From assembly GCA_023213395.1 (NCBI GenBank), contig CM041465.1, forward strand, positions 201,755,741 to 201,819,740: a DNA stretch of 64,000 nt, given 5' to 3'. The notes beneath the pieces are model-generated. The model was not told where the DNA came from. It saw only the letters and a list, made by a program, of their open reading frames with translations, and searched no databases. The DNA comes from Cycas panzhihuaensis. Taxonomy: Eukaryota; Plantae; Cycadophyta. This document shows, piece after piece, positions 28,301-40,409 of the stretch (its first letter is position 1; each line of letters opens with the position of its first letter). Made by a program: the position numbers and the translations under genes.

Positions 28301-31300
28301 TTTGCCTCTGTTTCTAGCTATATTGCATAGCCTTACCCTCGTTGCCTTGTGGCTTTTGGGGGAGATTGGGGTTGTTCTTTGTGGGAGGTGGGCCACTCCG
28401 AGGCTTACCGGTTACTTTCCATTTACTTTGGTTGTTTGCCTTTACATATTATCATCATTGTATTAATACTAACATACACGTATTTAAGTTTATATTTGCT
28501 TTGCATGTACATATATTATTAGGATCTTTCCATTGTATGCTAGTACCCTTTCTTTGGAAAGGGGGAGGTTATCATTTACTTGCAGGTATTTGGAAAGCGC
28601 AAAGGATTTTTCTCTCTTTCTTCCTTTGCTGGTAAGCGCTCCCATTCATGTTGTATTTTCATACTTCATTTATCGCTAACATTTGGTCCCTTTCCTTCCT
28701 TTGTTTGGTACTTTAGCATTTTTTACGGGGAAGGTAAGAGAGCCCCTCGTTCTAATCTACCGCAACTCTTCACGTCCGCCATGCCTTGTGGAGTAGCTTT
28801 GAGTGCCTCTTGGGAGCGTCACCGTTTCGACACGCTTCCGTTCTAGGTACACACCCTTGCTCCACTCCATTACTGTTTTCCTTTTGAGTTCTTTCATATA
28901 GTAGTAATTAACTCATTGGAAAGAGAAGGGGAGTCAATCTTTGCTTTAATTCATACTTTATTTACTTTACCATTTGCATTTCCTTTTGCCATAGGAAAAG
29001 GTCTTAGGAAACCTTCCCTCTCACCTTTTCCCCCTTTTGCCGTGCAAACGTCCCTCTCTCTTTATTATTTGTTTACTTGGTGAGTTTGCCTACGCATACC
29101 TTAACCTCATTTCTTTGGTTATTCCTCCTATGTTCCCTTAGTTCCCTGCTTAGCCGGATAACCGAGGTGACCCCATCCATAGGCCATCTACTCGCCTACC
29201 CTTTCTTGTTTCCTGTCGCCTTAGGGAAACCCCCGAAGGGTTCTCTCCTTCCCCTTCTGGCCATCTAAGGGTGGGAGGATCCGTCCCTTAGGTCAACCTA
29301 GGCTAACCCTATGCCTCTTCTCCTCTTGTTTAAAGCAAGGGGACTACTCTCTGGTAGCTATATTCCATTTGCAGGTCCTAAACTCGCGCTCTGATGTATA
29401 GGGCACCTTACGTGGTATTTGCCCTACTTGTAGGTCCTTTCCCCAATCATACGATCGACTATTCATACCATCCCTACTTAGTTAGGTAGCTATCCTGTAG
29501 ACACGCATCCAGATGTGATTGAGGATTTGGTTTACCTTGTGGACGATTTCCCATATTTCTTCCTCTTCTTCTTGCTTAGTTATTTTCTCTGCCATGAGAG
29601 GGACTTTAATTTTTTGTATAACATGCTTCTTCTTCCACCTCAAAGGCTACATCTAGAAGAGAATCAGAGGCTACAAAGTTGGTATAAAAGGTTTTATTAA
29701 ATTCTATGAACTTCTCGGCAAGTGTTTCGAAGTTGAATGTCTTCAATGTTCTACTAGATTGAAGACTTCCAAACAAGTTTTATAATCAAGGATATGTAGA
29801 TATTATTGGATCAAGAATACATAAGTGATGCTTGAGTCTTAAAATCTTTATCAATTACCTATTTTATTAGTCGAAGGAGATTTATTATCTCATGAGCTCA
29901 TCCCTTCTATATTTTTAATTTATTTATTTTCAGAACAAGATGAACAAATTCTAAACCTGACTTGGTATCAAAGTTCTTCTTAAAAACTTCAAGAACCTTC
30001 TAGACTGTATCATATTACTCTTTGTTAATCAAGTTATGTAATGAGTGATCAATAATCAATAGAATTCCTATACGAATATTTTCATCATATATCTCCCATT
30101 GTAGTTTGGTTGTGGCATTTGTAAGAGCTATTAGAGCAGTTCCACCAAAAGAAAGTGTTGTAGCTATTACAGGTATAATGGGTGTAGGTTACAAGTAGGC
30201 TCTCTAAAGGCCTTCATATTTTATAGTATTTTTAACTTTAGTGTATCACAAATCCTAATTTTCTTTGCCTTTTAGTATGTAATTGATATTCTGTTTGCAT
30301 TGAGATGACATGATGATGATAAAGAAGTAGAAGAGGTGATAGAAATATGTGTCACTAACACGTATGACTAGTATACATAGTGCAACATGGATACTAAAAT
30401 GAATGCTATAATAAGGAGGTAAGTAATGATTAAATATTTTTCAACAACTATGAAGAATGAGTATAAGCAATGATATAAGAATGAGGTCTAATATAGAGCT
30501 GGTAAAGAGTGGTGATGTGTCATGCCACTAACCTCTAACTTGTGTCTAAATGTAGGTGAGGTTTTAATGCTTAAGGCTTCTAGTATATGATTAGGACCTT
30601 CACCTGTGATACCTGCACCTGTACTTGGTGATGAAATCCAAGACACAATAGATCCTAAATACTCTTAATCCTCATCCAGTTCACTAGTGAGTAATTATAT
30701 ACCTCCTCTAAAGAGTCAAATGGTACATGCGCATCCCACAACTATAATCGATATTGGACCAAGTTAATTTAAATCTTGTATTAAGGTTTTAGTTGTCCTG
30801 GCTAGTTATTAGGATAATCCTGGAGGGAGCCCGTAAGTATGGCTAACCTATCACTCCATCAGTATTCTAGTTAAAACTAGACCTTGTATGAAACTCATAC
30901 CTCCCTTAGGGCCTAGACTTTGACTAATTGTGGTCTATTTCAACCAAGGCGAGTGTGCACACAAGTCAAGAACTAGCAGTATAAATCGAACGTAATGGAT
31001 TCATTATAGGGAATATGCAAATATGTTTATGTTTATATTACTGAAATGAATTGCTAATATGTCAATACTTACTTTTATACTTCTGTCCATCAATATACGT
31101 GTACATAAACAGATATACAAAAATGATAAGTATAAACACCCGATTTTGCTACAATCTAAGTATTTTACTATTATAATGAGTTTTTTTTATTTTTTATTTT
31201 TGCTATTTGAGAAACCCCTTCTTCTTTTGTTAAGAAAAGGAAAAAAGTAAGAAAACTTAAAAATTTACTTCTAAACTTTAATTTTGATTAAGAGAGAAAG

Positions 31301-31536
31301 TATTAGGGAAAGCGAGAGGAATCTGAATCTTCTATCAGAAACTTCTATATGACCTTGAAACCATACAAAATGACTAAAATATTTCAGCTCAATACTTTAC
31401 TCTCTCAAATGATAAATCTCACTACGGTGAGTCAAGAAGTCTTCTGGAAAAACTTTTAAAAATGAGCAGAAATAGTCTAAAACTCATTGAAACTCCTGTG
31501 AGACTTATCTTGGCAAAAATCTAAATTTTGAAGAAA

Positions 31537-31578
<42 letters not shown>

Positions 31579-32593
31579 ATGTATCAAATCTGATAAAACT
31601 TTATTTTTTAGATTCTTTGAGGCTAGATCTACTAACCTCATGAAATTTTGACATGCATTGAAAATTTTAAAAAATTTTCTCAAAAAATCAATCAGATTAG
31701 AATTGACTAAACTTCTGCTTTTTTAGGTCGATTGAGGTAGAATTTGAAGATGGTACAAACATAAAAATGTTTATCTTAATTTGATATCCCTCTCTACAAA
31801 TTTTTAGCCAAAATGGATAACTTTTGATTTTTCACCTCTTGTAAGGCTAAACAACCTTTTTCTAAATGGTTTGGGCTTATTTCTGCCGCCTGCAACCAGT
31901 TAAAAATTTATCCTATTACTTTATAGCATAGATTTTATAACTGACAATTGATTTGTGATGAAAATTTAATAGAATCTCCCTTAGTAAAATTTAAAATTAA
32001 CTATAAATATTGATAAAAAGCTAATTTTTTTTCTAAGAGCCTAAAGTTAGGAAACCTTCTTTCGTCTAGTAGCTTTGATCCTCAATGCACTTACAAATTA
32101 ATAGAAGATATTGAAATATGATGTAAATAAAATACAAGCTTTGAACGATAAAAAAGTTCTTAAATTTTTGAAAATAATGAGTATACTCTCAATACTTCAT
32201 ATTAAAGGTAAAGGAGAGGCAAAATGACTCCATACAAGTGGAATAAAGTGAATAGATCCTCTTCTAGCTCTGATACCACGTAAAGGAAAGATGGATCTAA
32301 GGAATAAATCATTCACATATATACAATAGTAATGGAGAATAAAAAATAGATGAAAACAAGATATGAGAGTAAAGCTTAGAGATGAGAATGAATAATAGCT
32401 CCCTCCTTGAGATTTTATCTTTTATTATTAAGGGTGAGTATTAGGGTTAGGATTTTCCTACATAATGATATAAAATCAAAATTATAACTAAATGCACATA
32501 AAGTATATTTCACTAAGAGACTAATGCTAACAATATATCCTAAGATCACTTAATTAATCTACACAAATAACCTTGATACATTAACCTCATTCA
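22334..32593 (-). mobile_element. Full-length decayed Ty1/copia element with ~1.9 kb 5' leader, interrupted by a solo LTR
   Basis: 313-bp LTRs at 22334-22646 and 32281-32593 (~40 mismatches by eye, ~13%); TSD TTCCT/TTTCT; PBS GCTCTGATACCA 32267-32278; PPT ATCCTCCCTTT 22647-22657. ORF remnants: integrase IHFDLCGPM (25585-25833), RNaseH YSDFVRDKDTRISISGY (23456-23677); gag start near 30311. Confidence 0.92.
26786..29511. mobile_element. Large (2.7 kb) solo LTR, probably from a Tat/Ogre/Athila-type gypsy
   Basis: 5-bp TSD GATGT (26781-26785, 29512-29516); ends TA(<TG)TTTCCC...CATCCA. Removing it restores the host copia gag frame (PNPQSHP...IICDQCNCKGYFIKDC). Non-coding, and richer in GC/CpG than its flanks. 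Confidence 0.75.
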
Positions 32594-33719
32594 TTTCTAT
32601 ATGTATTATTCTTAACCCAAGGTTAGAACTATGCATAACATATCAACCCTCTACAATGGCCATACATATAGTGGTGCTTCTATATACCAACTATAAGAAT
32701 TATGTCTAGGTTTTATTTTTAGATATAAGTACAACTCTATCATCAAGTAATTATTATCCTTAAGTCAATTGGAATCCATCCCTTAATAAATGAGGTGATC
32801 ACTCCCTTATAGAGTGGGTACCAATTATAAGTGGCATTTATGAAGATAACTTAATTTACATAAAATAATCACCTTTTAGTAGATAACTAGTCATTAAGTT
32901 TAAAGACTAATATCTTAAAGGTGCCTTATCCTTATAGTCTCTTCTTGTAGACTCTTCATTAATAATAAACCCTAAACTAAGAGGGATAATCAAATATGTA
33001 TCATTTTATATATATCACCCTAGTTTGATTTCACATTCCATTATAAGTTTACTGCTTTATGCATCCTTATGTAGGAGATCATTCTCAAACATCCCTGTGA
33101 GAGATGACATATGCATCTATGTGCATATATTCACACTCTAAAGCATCCCCTATATAAAAGAGTGGCATGAATCCCTATGTATGTAAATAGTTAGGTCTTA
33201 TAAGCCATGGTTTTAAGTTCAAGTTCATGGGCTCAATTTGGTGATTAAGAAATCATCTATAAATTCATTCACAATTATAATAAATGAATATTATTATTTC
33301 ATTTCACTATGGTAATAAAAGGAACTTGCAAGTATATGAATCATAAGGAAATTTATTTTCTTTCAACAATTCATCAATAAAACTTATAAATATATCATTC
33401 ATTTTTTATTCAATATCAACAACTTACACTCATGCAGTCTATAAGAAAACTTTTTCTTTTCATTAATTACATGGTCATATTTATTGCATGATTATATACT
33501 TTCATGCAAAATTCGTGCCATTAGGGTTATTTGATTCTTACCATCTATCATATATGTAGTGAAAATATAATATGTAATCTCATAGTAAGAGAAATTACTG
33601 CAAAAGCAATTATTACAAGGGATTTTCATGTTTTCTTTATATAGTATATTCACAATGTATTTTTACTTATAAGAATGATTATTCATGCATACTCAAGATT
33701 ATGAATAAAGTTCTAATTG

Positions 33720-35850
33720 TGGTTTAATGCATAAGTTCCTAGCTTCTTGAGCCATTTGACTCCAAGCACTACATCAAAGGTTTTAATGGAAAATGCATAA
33801 TAGTTAGTGAGAAAGATGAGGGTATTGATCTAGAGTTCTTGATTAGTGAGTTTCCCATTATCATTCACTTAGTATTACTATACAAAAAGTTTTGTGCTTA
33901 TCGATAAATATGCCTAAATAGATGGCTAATTTTATGCTTATGAAGTTATGTGTGCTACCTAGATCAATGAAAATAAAGACCTTTTATTTGTGGAGGAATC
34001 CTTGTAATTTGATACTATTGGGCTATTATATCCATGAGATAACTACCAAGGAGATAGAGGGTTATCTACTCTCAAGTGGTTATTATTCATCCAAAATATC
34101 AAGTTTGTCTTCATCCATATCAACTTTAGCCACATATAGTTGATTTTTTCGAGGTAGATCTTGAGGTGGCCTGTGACCTACTTGTTGTTATGCTACTAAT
34201 GGTTTTCATTTAGTATTATCCTATCAGTATCTTTAGGGTGAGTCATTGATAAGGGCTAATTGGTAAAGGTAAGGTGATGATTAAGAGGAATATAGTGAGG
34301 AATTTATATTTGTTGTTTGATCTTGACTTGTTTGTCCAAAAGAATAACTTTCTTTAATGATTAGGGTTGAAACATATTTATCTTAATATTGATGTCAGGT
34401 TAGAGATTAGCCTAGTAGAATTCAGAGGCCTCCTCATCAAAAAGGATGATCTTGAGCTATAATCCTTCAAAGCACTTTATGAAGTCCACAACCAAAAAGT
34501 CTTATTGAAAGTAATGAGACAATTGGACCTTATAAGTAGTGGAGTTAAGTCCTTTAAATGCAATTATGTATGACATCAATAAAGTTATCCCAAAAAATAA
34601 ATCCACAATTAGAAAACCATTTATATGTCTATATATAAATATGCACTTCCATATAATTGATGGTGAAAGAGGCTTTTTTCACTTGGGGCATTCATTTTAA
34701 GGTCCTTAAATGCAGCTTCAAGCTTAATGATCTATTTATCAAAATCACATACCTTTAATATTGAAATTAGGAATAATAAGTTGGTTTTTATATTAAACCA
34801 TTGCATGGTTGTTAGTATTACCCTGGTTATAGTGAGAGTGAGATAATTTAGGTTTTAGATCCACTTGCTTGGTCATGAACTTATGAACATTATTATTTAT
34901 TTATTTCATCCATTACTTAACAGCATCAAGGCAGGCATTGATGTCTCTTCTGGCATCATCTCAATTGGCTATTCTTGATTATTTTGTGTAGTTAATGGAG
35001 GTAGCCTTTATGACACCTACTCAGAGCTTTAAAGCTTAGGAGAGTTCTTGATATATAGGATATTAAAGACTTATTCTAGTTGAAAGAGTGTTATTAGTGA
35101 AGATAGTTACAAGAAACAAAGATTATGAGAAGAGTAAAGTGGATGGGCATGATTGAATGGTGTTACTAGAGAAAAGGAATTTAAAATGCCAATGTGGTGT
35201 GTTTTAGGGAGTTCATGGGAGTGTAAGATTAGGGCAAGGTGATTAAGCAAAACTTGAGATCAATTTTAAATGGAAGGAACATTTAGTATGAAGAATATTC
35301 TAGTATTTATATTATTTGAAACTTATGCAAGTTGTAAATAAAGAAAGCATGTATATGGTTATATAAGGGAATAAAAGTGAGCAAACTATGAATGGACTAT
35401 GGACAGAAGAAGACAAATGAACGAGGACAAACAAAAGAGGAAAACAAATGTTGTCATTAAGGATGGATTGTGAATAGTCCATGATGAAGAAGAGGGTCAC
35501 TAGGAGAGGCAACTACAAAGTACTAAGGCATGGAGGCAATATCACAACGGTAAGCTAATGGCATAAATAGAGATAAGATAGACTAAGGAATACAAGAATG
35601 AAGGTAGTGATAATAGTGATTTTGTAAAGCAAGAATGGTGGTGAAATAATGGAATGGTAAGCATGAGTATAAACATGTCTAAAGTGAGAAAAGGAAATTA
35701 TGAAATGTGGAGACAACGATAATAGAAGAGGAAAGGAAAATAAATGAGATAGAATACAAAAATAAAAGGAAGACAAATGATAAGAATAAATTGTAGTGGA
35801 GATGCAAGGAATTACTAACAATCACTTTAAAATTTGATACCACTTGTAGT
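33720..35850 (-). mobile_element. Decayed Ty3/gypsy gag-protease fragment with probable LTR remnant
   Basis: Minus-strand VFIFIDLGSTHNFI (protease) at ~33940-33982 and FDVVLGVKWLKKL at ~33738-33778; gag-like remnants to ~34800. Boundaries uncertain. Confidence 0.6.
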
Positions 35851-35984
35851 AGATATCGCATCTACTACCATCTTTAAGAGGGAAAATGAGCCTTTAATAG
35901 ACATAAGAAGAATGTTCAGCGAATCCCTTAATGAGGTGATCTAATTATTTTGATTAAAGACATATATTATTCATTTATAAGGTA

Positions 35985-36029
<45 letters not shown>

Positions 36030-36130
36030 GAACGACTTGCAACCATTCACATTTCTTGCCCTTTGATATCTCTTACCTGATATTCAAAATACTTAATTAA
36101 CTCTAATTAGCTATTAGGGTTTGCAAGGAG

Positions 36131-36228
<98 letters not shown>

Positions 36229-36487
36229 GTGTGTGTGTGTAGAACGACTTGCAACCATTCACATTTTTTGCCCTTTGATATCTCTTACCTGATATTCAAA
36301 ATACTTAATTAACTCTAATTAGTTATTAGGGTTTGCAAGGAGTACAATATATATGTCTCTCTCTCTCTCTCTATATATATACATACACACACACACACAC
36401 ACACACACATACACATACATTTATATGTGTGTGTCTGTATATATATATATATATATATATACATACACACACACACACATATTACCT

Positions 36488-36520
<33 letters not shown>

Positions 36521-36640
36521 ATACACGCATACATATATATGTAGGTATGCATGTCTATATATGCGCGCGCGTGTGTGTGTGTATGTAGATATACACATAC
36601 ACATATAGATATCCATATATGTATATGCACAATTTATATA
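35985..36640. repeat. Compound microsatellite block (GT/CT/TA/AC) containing two copies of a 108-bp unit (36029-36136, 36241-36348)
   Basis: Direct inspection; the two units differ at 2 positions. Confidence 0.95.
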
Positions 36641-37344
36641 TTTATATAGATATTCTATAGTAAAAAGGGGTTTAATAACAATAAATAATACCCTTTTGTA
36701 GAACTCATGTATTATGATAAAAATCTAATAGTGAAGTCCTTATGCTGACACATATGTGTGAAATTTTTTGTTAACAAATATGCTGATTACAATCCATTAT
36801 TTTTAATCAAGTGTTAACCTATATTGTCTTTTTTACCACTTATACAAGAGGCATATAAAATGAACTTTACTTGGTATTAATTTTAAAAAACAAAAAAAGG
36901 TATTTAAAACTTGAAAGGACTAGTTCACATATTACCAAAGCTCCCATTACACATGCCTTTACTTACATATGTTTCTCATTGTTGAATCCACCCTAGAGTT
37001 ATGGTCAAACTTTGATTGGATGGCCACTACAAAGTAGAATCTCTTTGGTTTCCTATTTAATAAATAATAAGGTAATTAATATTCCTTACAACTAATGTAT
37101 ATAACCTATATGAGAGTCCTACATTTCCCTCATCCATATCTTGAGCTTTTATTTTGGATAGGGCACTATTGAGAGTTAAAAGGATTTTGAAACCACCCCT
37201 TCAAATTTACTAATCATTTGTTTGTTTGTTGCTAGAACAACCTTTAGCTTGCATATTACCATTGAAATCCATACCTATGACGTATCAATGGTAGACCCGT
37301 CTTCAAAGGGAAATGAAGATACATACAAAGATAAAGTAAGTGTT

Positions 37345-37436
37345 ACGTCCATTGTCCTCACATATTGCAAATGGGTTAATCCCAAGTCCTTGCGAATAAC
37401 ACGTCCATTGTCTTCACATATTGCAAATGGGTTAAT
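37345..37436 (+). promoter_or_regulatory. 36-bp direct repeat in the putative proximal promoter (ACGT core and GGTTAAT GT-1-like box in each copy)
   Basis: ACGTCCATTGTC(C/T)TCACATATTGCAAATGGGTTAAT at 37345-37380 and 37401-37436, 260-350 bp upstream of the ATG. Regulatory function is inferred. Confidence 0.4.
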
Positions 37437-37694
37437 GACATTTGAACCATCCACAATTGAAAAATAAAACAAAATTAAATTAAATTTTTTTTTTTTGTGT
37501 GTGCATGTACTGGTTTCCATGTTTTTTTTAAAGTCCTAATATTATTTAAGACAAGATCACACAATGTGCGGGGAGAAACAACCGACCATTCTAATTTGTA
37601 GAATTCAAGTTAATCGAGTTCAGGAGAAGGAAACTCCTCCAATTTGATTATTGCCTGTCTCCTCCCGGTTCCCTTTCGATCTTTCATTTTGGTA

Positions 37695-37917
37695 ATGGCG
37701 GGCATTACTTCATTATTTTCTGAATTGCAAGGAGTATCGAATATGGCGAGCTCTGTTCTCAGCAATAGGAATGAATGTAAATTGTTCCTGCAATGCGGGG
37801 GCCATGTGAAGCCATTAAGATTAAGAATGAGATCGACAGTGAGATGCAAAGCGGATGCCGATTTGGAAGCAGCAACCCATGCAGCTGCCTTGCGGTTTCA
37901 AGAGAGCCAGCGACCAG
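37695..37917 (+). CDS. Exon 1 of a probably plastid-targeted SAM-dependent methyltransferase (leucine carboxyl methyltransferase-like, At4g02405-type)
   Basis: gtaATGGCG start in a CpG-retaining island. Transit-peptide-like N-terminus ending RSTVRCKA, then DLEAATHAAALRFQESQRP, resembling the remembered LxAAxxAASLRFxETxRPxPLF motif. Phase-1 donor CCAG|GTATAG at 37917/37918. Exon status is better supported than the product name. Confidence 0.65.
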
Positions 37918-37984
37918 GTATAGTGCAAAGCTTTATATAATACTCAGAATTATCTTTGAATGTAAATAAACAAGGTAAATTTCA

Positions 37985-38210
37985 TTCACCTCGCACTCCA
38001 TTAGTGAGTAACATAACAGTCTGCGGGTACACCTATGCAGAGGCTAGGCATACTAGGATTGGGCTCTTCATTCCATGAGGGGTTTGCGGGTACATTCACC
38101 AGTTGGGTTTTTGTGCTCTATACACTCACACGATTCCATGAGAATGGAATTGGTGACCTTAACGGAATGCAGCAGCACGGCATTAGCCACTAGACCAAAT
38201 CCTTCTGGCT
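37985..38210 (-). mobile_element. tRNA-derived SINE
   Basis: Minus strand AGCCAGAAGGATT-TGGTCTAGTGG (Pol III A box, 38187-38197), ~36 nt spacer, then GGTCACCAATTCCATTCTC (degenerate B box, 38140-38158), followed by a tRNA-unrelated body. 3' end and TSD unclear. Confidence 0.6.
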
Positions 38211-38424
38211 GAAAATTTAAGGAACATCGTTCAGGACCAAGAGTCTGGTCCTCTGGACAACAGGTTGATGATAATTTAGTTGTATAGTGTGTTTTCTGTC
38301 CTTAGCTTTACCTTTTACTGTACTTGATGCCTGTATCTATTCCTTGCAGTAACTGCAACTATATTTGTATGCTTAGGCTTGTGTGAATGCCTAGTCATCT
38401 AGTACTTCACGCTGTTCTGGTCTA

Positions 38425-38659
38425 TGGTTATGCCTAAAAGGGGGCATGCCGCCCCCTTTTGATGGCGTGAAACCAACATCGTTTTTCGAGAAGCGACTGA
38501 TTTCATTTTTCAATAGTCCAACCTTTGCTTTGAAAAGCAAATATAAATCAATGTCGGCCTTTATCGTGGGGTCTTCAATTTTATTGAAAATGACGATAAA
38601 GCAGGATATTAAGTGGAAGAAAACGACGACTTTTAAATATTTTGCTTTTGCACATACCG
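38425..38659. mobile_element. Tc1/mariner-type MITE (235 bp)
   Basis: Flanking TA dinucleotides (38423-24, 38660-61); imperfect TIRs TGGTTATGCCTAAAAG / revcomp CGGTATGTGCAAAAG; internal hairpins including AAAAGGGGGC-ATGCC-GCCCCCTTTT. Confidence 0.55.
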
Positions 38660-38781
38660 TAGAGAGCAATTAAACCTCTGGGACTTAAGTTGGTAATGTG
38701 ATTCTCTTGCATCTTGGCACAATTGGAGAGGATCTCGTGATATATAGAAGATTAGATATCTGGTGCATAAATGGAAAGTCG

Positions 38782-38812
<31 letters not shown>

Positions 38813-38881
38813 ATGCATGCTTATGTAATTAGTATGACAGATCATATATTGATTCTATTAAAGCTCTTTCTTGCATCCCTT

Positions 38882-40409
38882 TGTTCCTAAAGAAGGAAGA
38901 AATGTCATTTAAGTTAAATGCCTGGTTGCGAAAAGATGAGAACCCACAAAAGAAATAGGAGTGGGAAGAAGCTTGCATTAGGTGGCAAAGCATTATTTCA
39001 CCAACAGTCAAATTGGAATCATCTCATGAAAGATACCAAAAGTTGTAATGAAAGAGATTGGTAGGGGATAACATCGAGCTGATTGAGAAGACATGAAAAC
39101 TTCAGAAAAGTAAATCAGAGAGTGATTGGAAGAGTTGATATCCAAGGTTTTTACAATTTCAAGAAACTCAATGAAGATGATGTGAGGGGCTAGGATGAAA
39201 GCAAAAGTTCAAAAGAGGAAAGAAGTTGGTAGAAACATCAAATTTAATCAATGAACCATCAAGTCAAAAACCAACTATACTAGGGTTGAATTATTAAATC
39301 ACCACAATGTTGCATTTATTACTAGTCAAGTTTCCATTTGATAAGTAGCAAGGAAATTTCATTTAGCATTATGGTAAAGGGAAGGAGATCAACAAACTGT
39401 ACTAAGGGAAATCTCTATGGAGGATATCTAGAAAGTCTATTGGCTGGCTATGTCAATTTCAGCATTTTGAGATCTTGTCAAAGTAAAGTTTGTTATGTTG
39501 AGAATTCTATGTCGATGTTTCTACGACAAAGTTTTTGTGTTGGGGTTTCTATGTCAATGTCTGTATGTTGAAGTTTTTGTGTCAAGGTTCTTATGTCAAA
39601 GTTTTGGTCTATTAGCGGCTATGCTACATTGATGTCATCCATTTATGTTAGAGTTCGTCGATGTCAACCTTTTGGCTATTGGTGAAGGCCAACATAGCCA
39701 ATAGTTGACATAGACTTAGTCTACATCTAACAGAGTTTTGGGACATTATGAAGTTAGTTTCATAATTGTTTTTGTAACCGTCTGTGTTAACCAATGGCAT
39801 AAGTAGTTGCAGGTTGTATTGTACTACAATTCCACGTACTTTGATAGCTTAAGTTTGGACTTGTGTTAATATTTGGATGTAAGCATTGCATATCCTGTCC
39901 AACGTAATTGGTGACACCAACTACATTGGCTAGAGTAATTTTGTTAATAATAAAGAGAAATTGGTGAACAAAATCTTGTTACAATGCTTGGTTGCTCTTG
40001 TTAATTCTATGATGCCATGATGTGATGAATATTTATGTTATTAACAAATTAGTGTCCAACATTTGGTTTCGTTGCCTTTGAATTTGGCATCTATCTTGCA
40101 AAAATCTGTCAAGACTACAACAATTTGAAGATGAGCCCTCAAGGTTGAGATAACAAATGGGGCAGGAGGAATGATGGATAGAGATGATGCATGATGAATC
40201 AAGGTGGGCAAGATATGATCACTAGAGTAGAAACCACTTAGAATTCATTCGAAGACTTCATTATTTCTAGAAAATTGGAAGAAAAAATTTGAAGACCAGG
40301 AAGCATTAGTACCTATTACTCATTACAAAACAAAACATAGGGAAAGAAACTCGATTGAAAATGCATTGGAAGAACTAGAGAAGAAGATTGAGTCTCTATC
40401 GTTCAAGGA
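38882..40409 (+). mobile_element. Athila-like Ty3/gypsy 5' LTR (38882-40061), PBS and start of internal region
   Basis: TGTTCCTAA...GTCCAACA followed by TTTGGTTTCGTTGCC (decayed TGGCGCCGTTGCC, the Athila-type PBS). Interrupted at 40410. Confidence 0.6.

Noticed and set aside
26878-29268. Cluster of 60-120 aa ORFs
   Set aside because: Chance frames in a GC-richer solo LTR with no recognisable domains
36121-36608. ORFs rich in SL/YI/HT/CV dipeptides
   Set aside because: Translations of dinucleotide microsatellites
36912-37203. Possible solo LTR TGAAAGG...CCCTTCA upstream of the promoter
   Set aside because: Flanks AAACT/AATTT match only 3/5 and there is no second copy in the window; unsupported without a genome search
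37345-37436. 36-bp repeat / 20-bp spacer / 36-bp repeat as a mini CRISPR
   Set aside because: Only two units, plant nuclear context, no cas genes
38436-38460. Perfect stem with A- and T-tails resembling a bacterial bidirectional intrinsic terminator (possible HGT/organellar insert) or a Helitron 3' hairpin
   Set aside because: No bacterial or organellar gene context and no CTRR at Helitron spacing; better explained as part of a TA-flanked MITE
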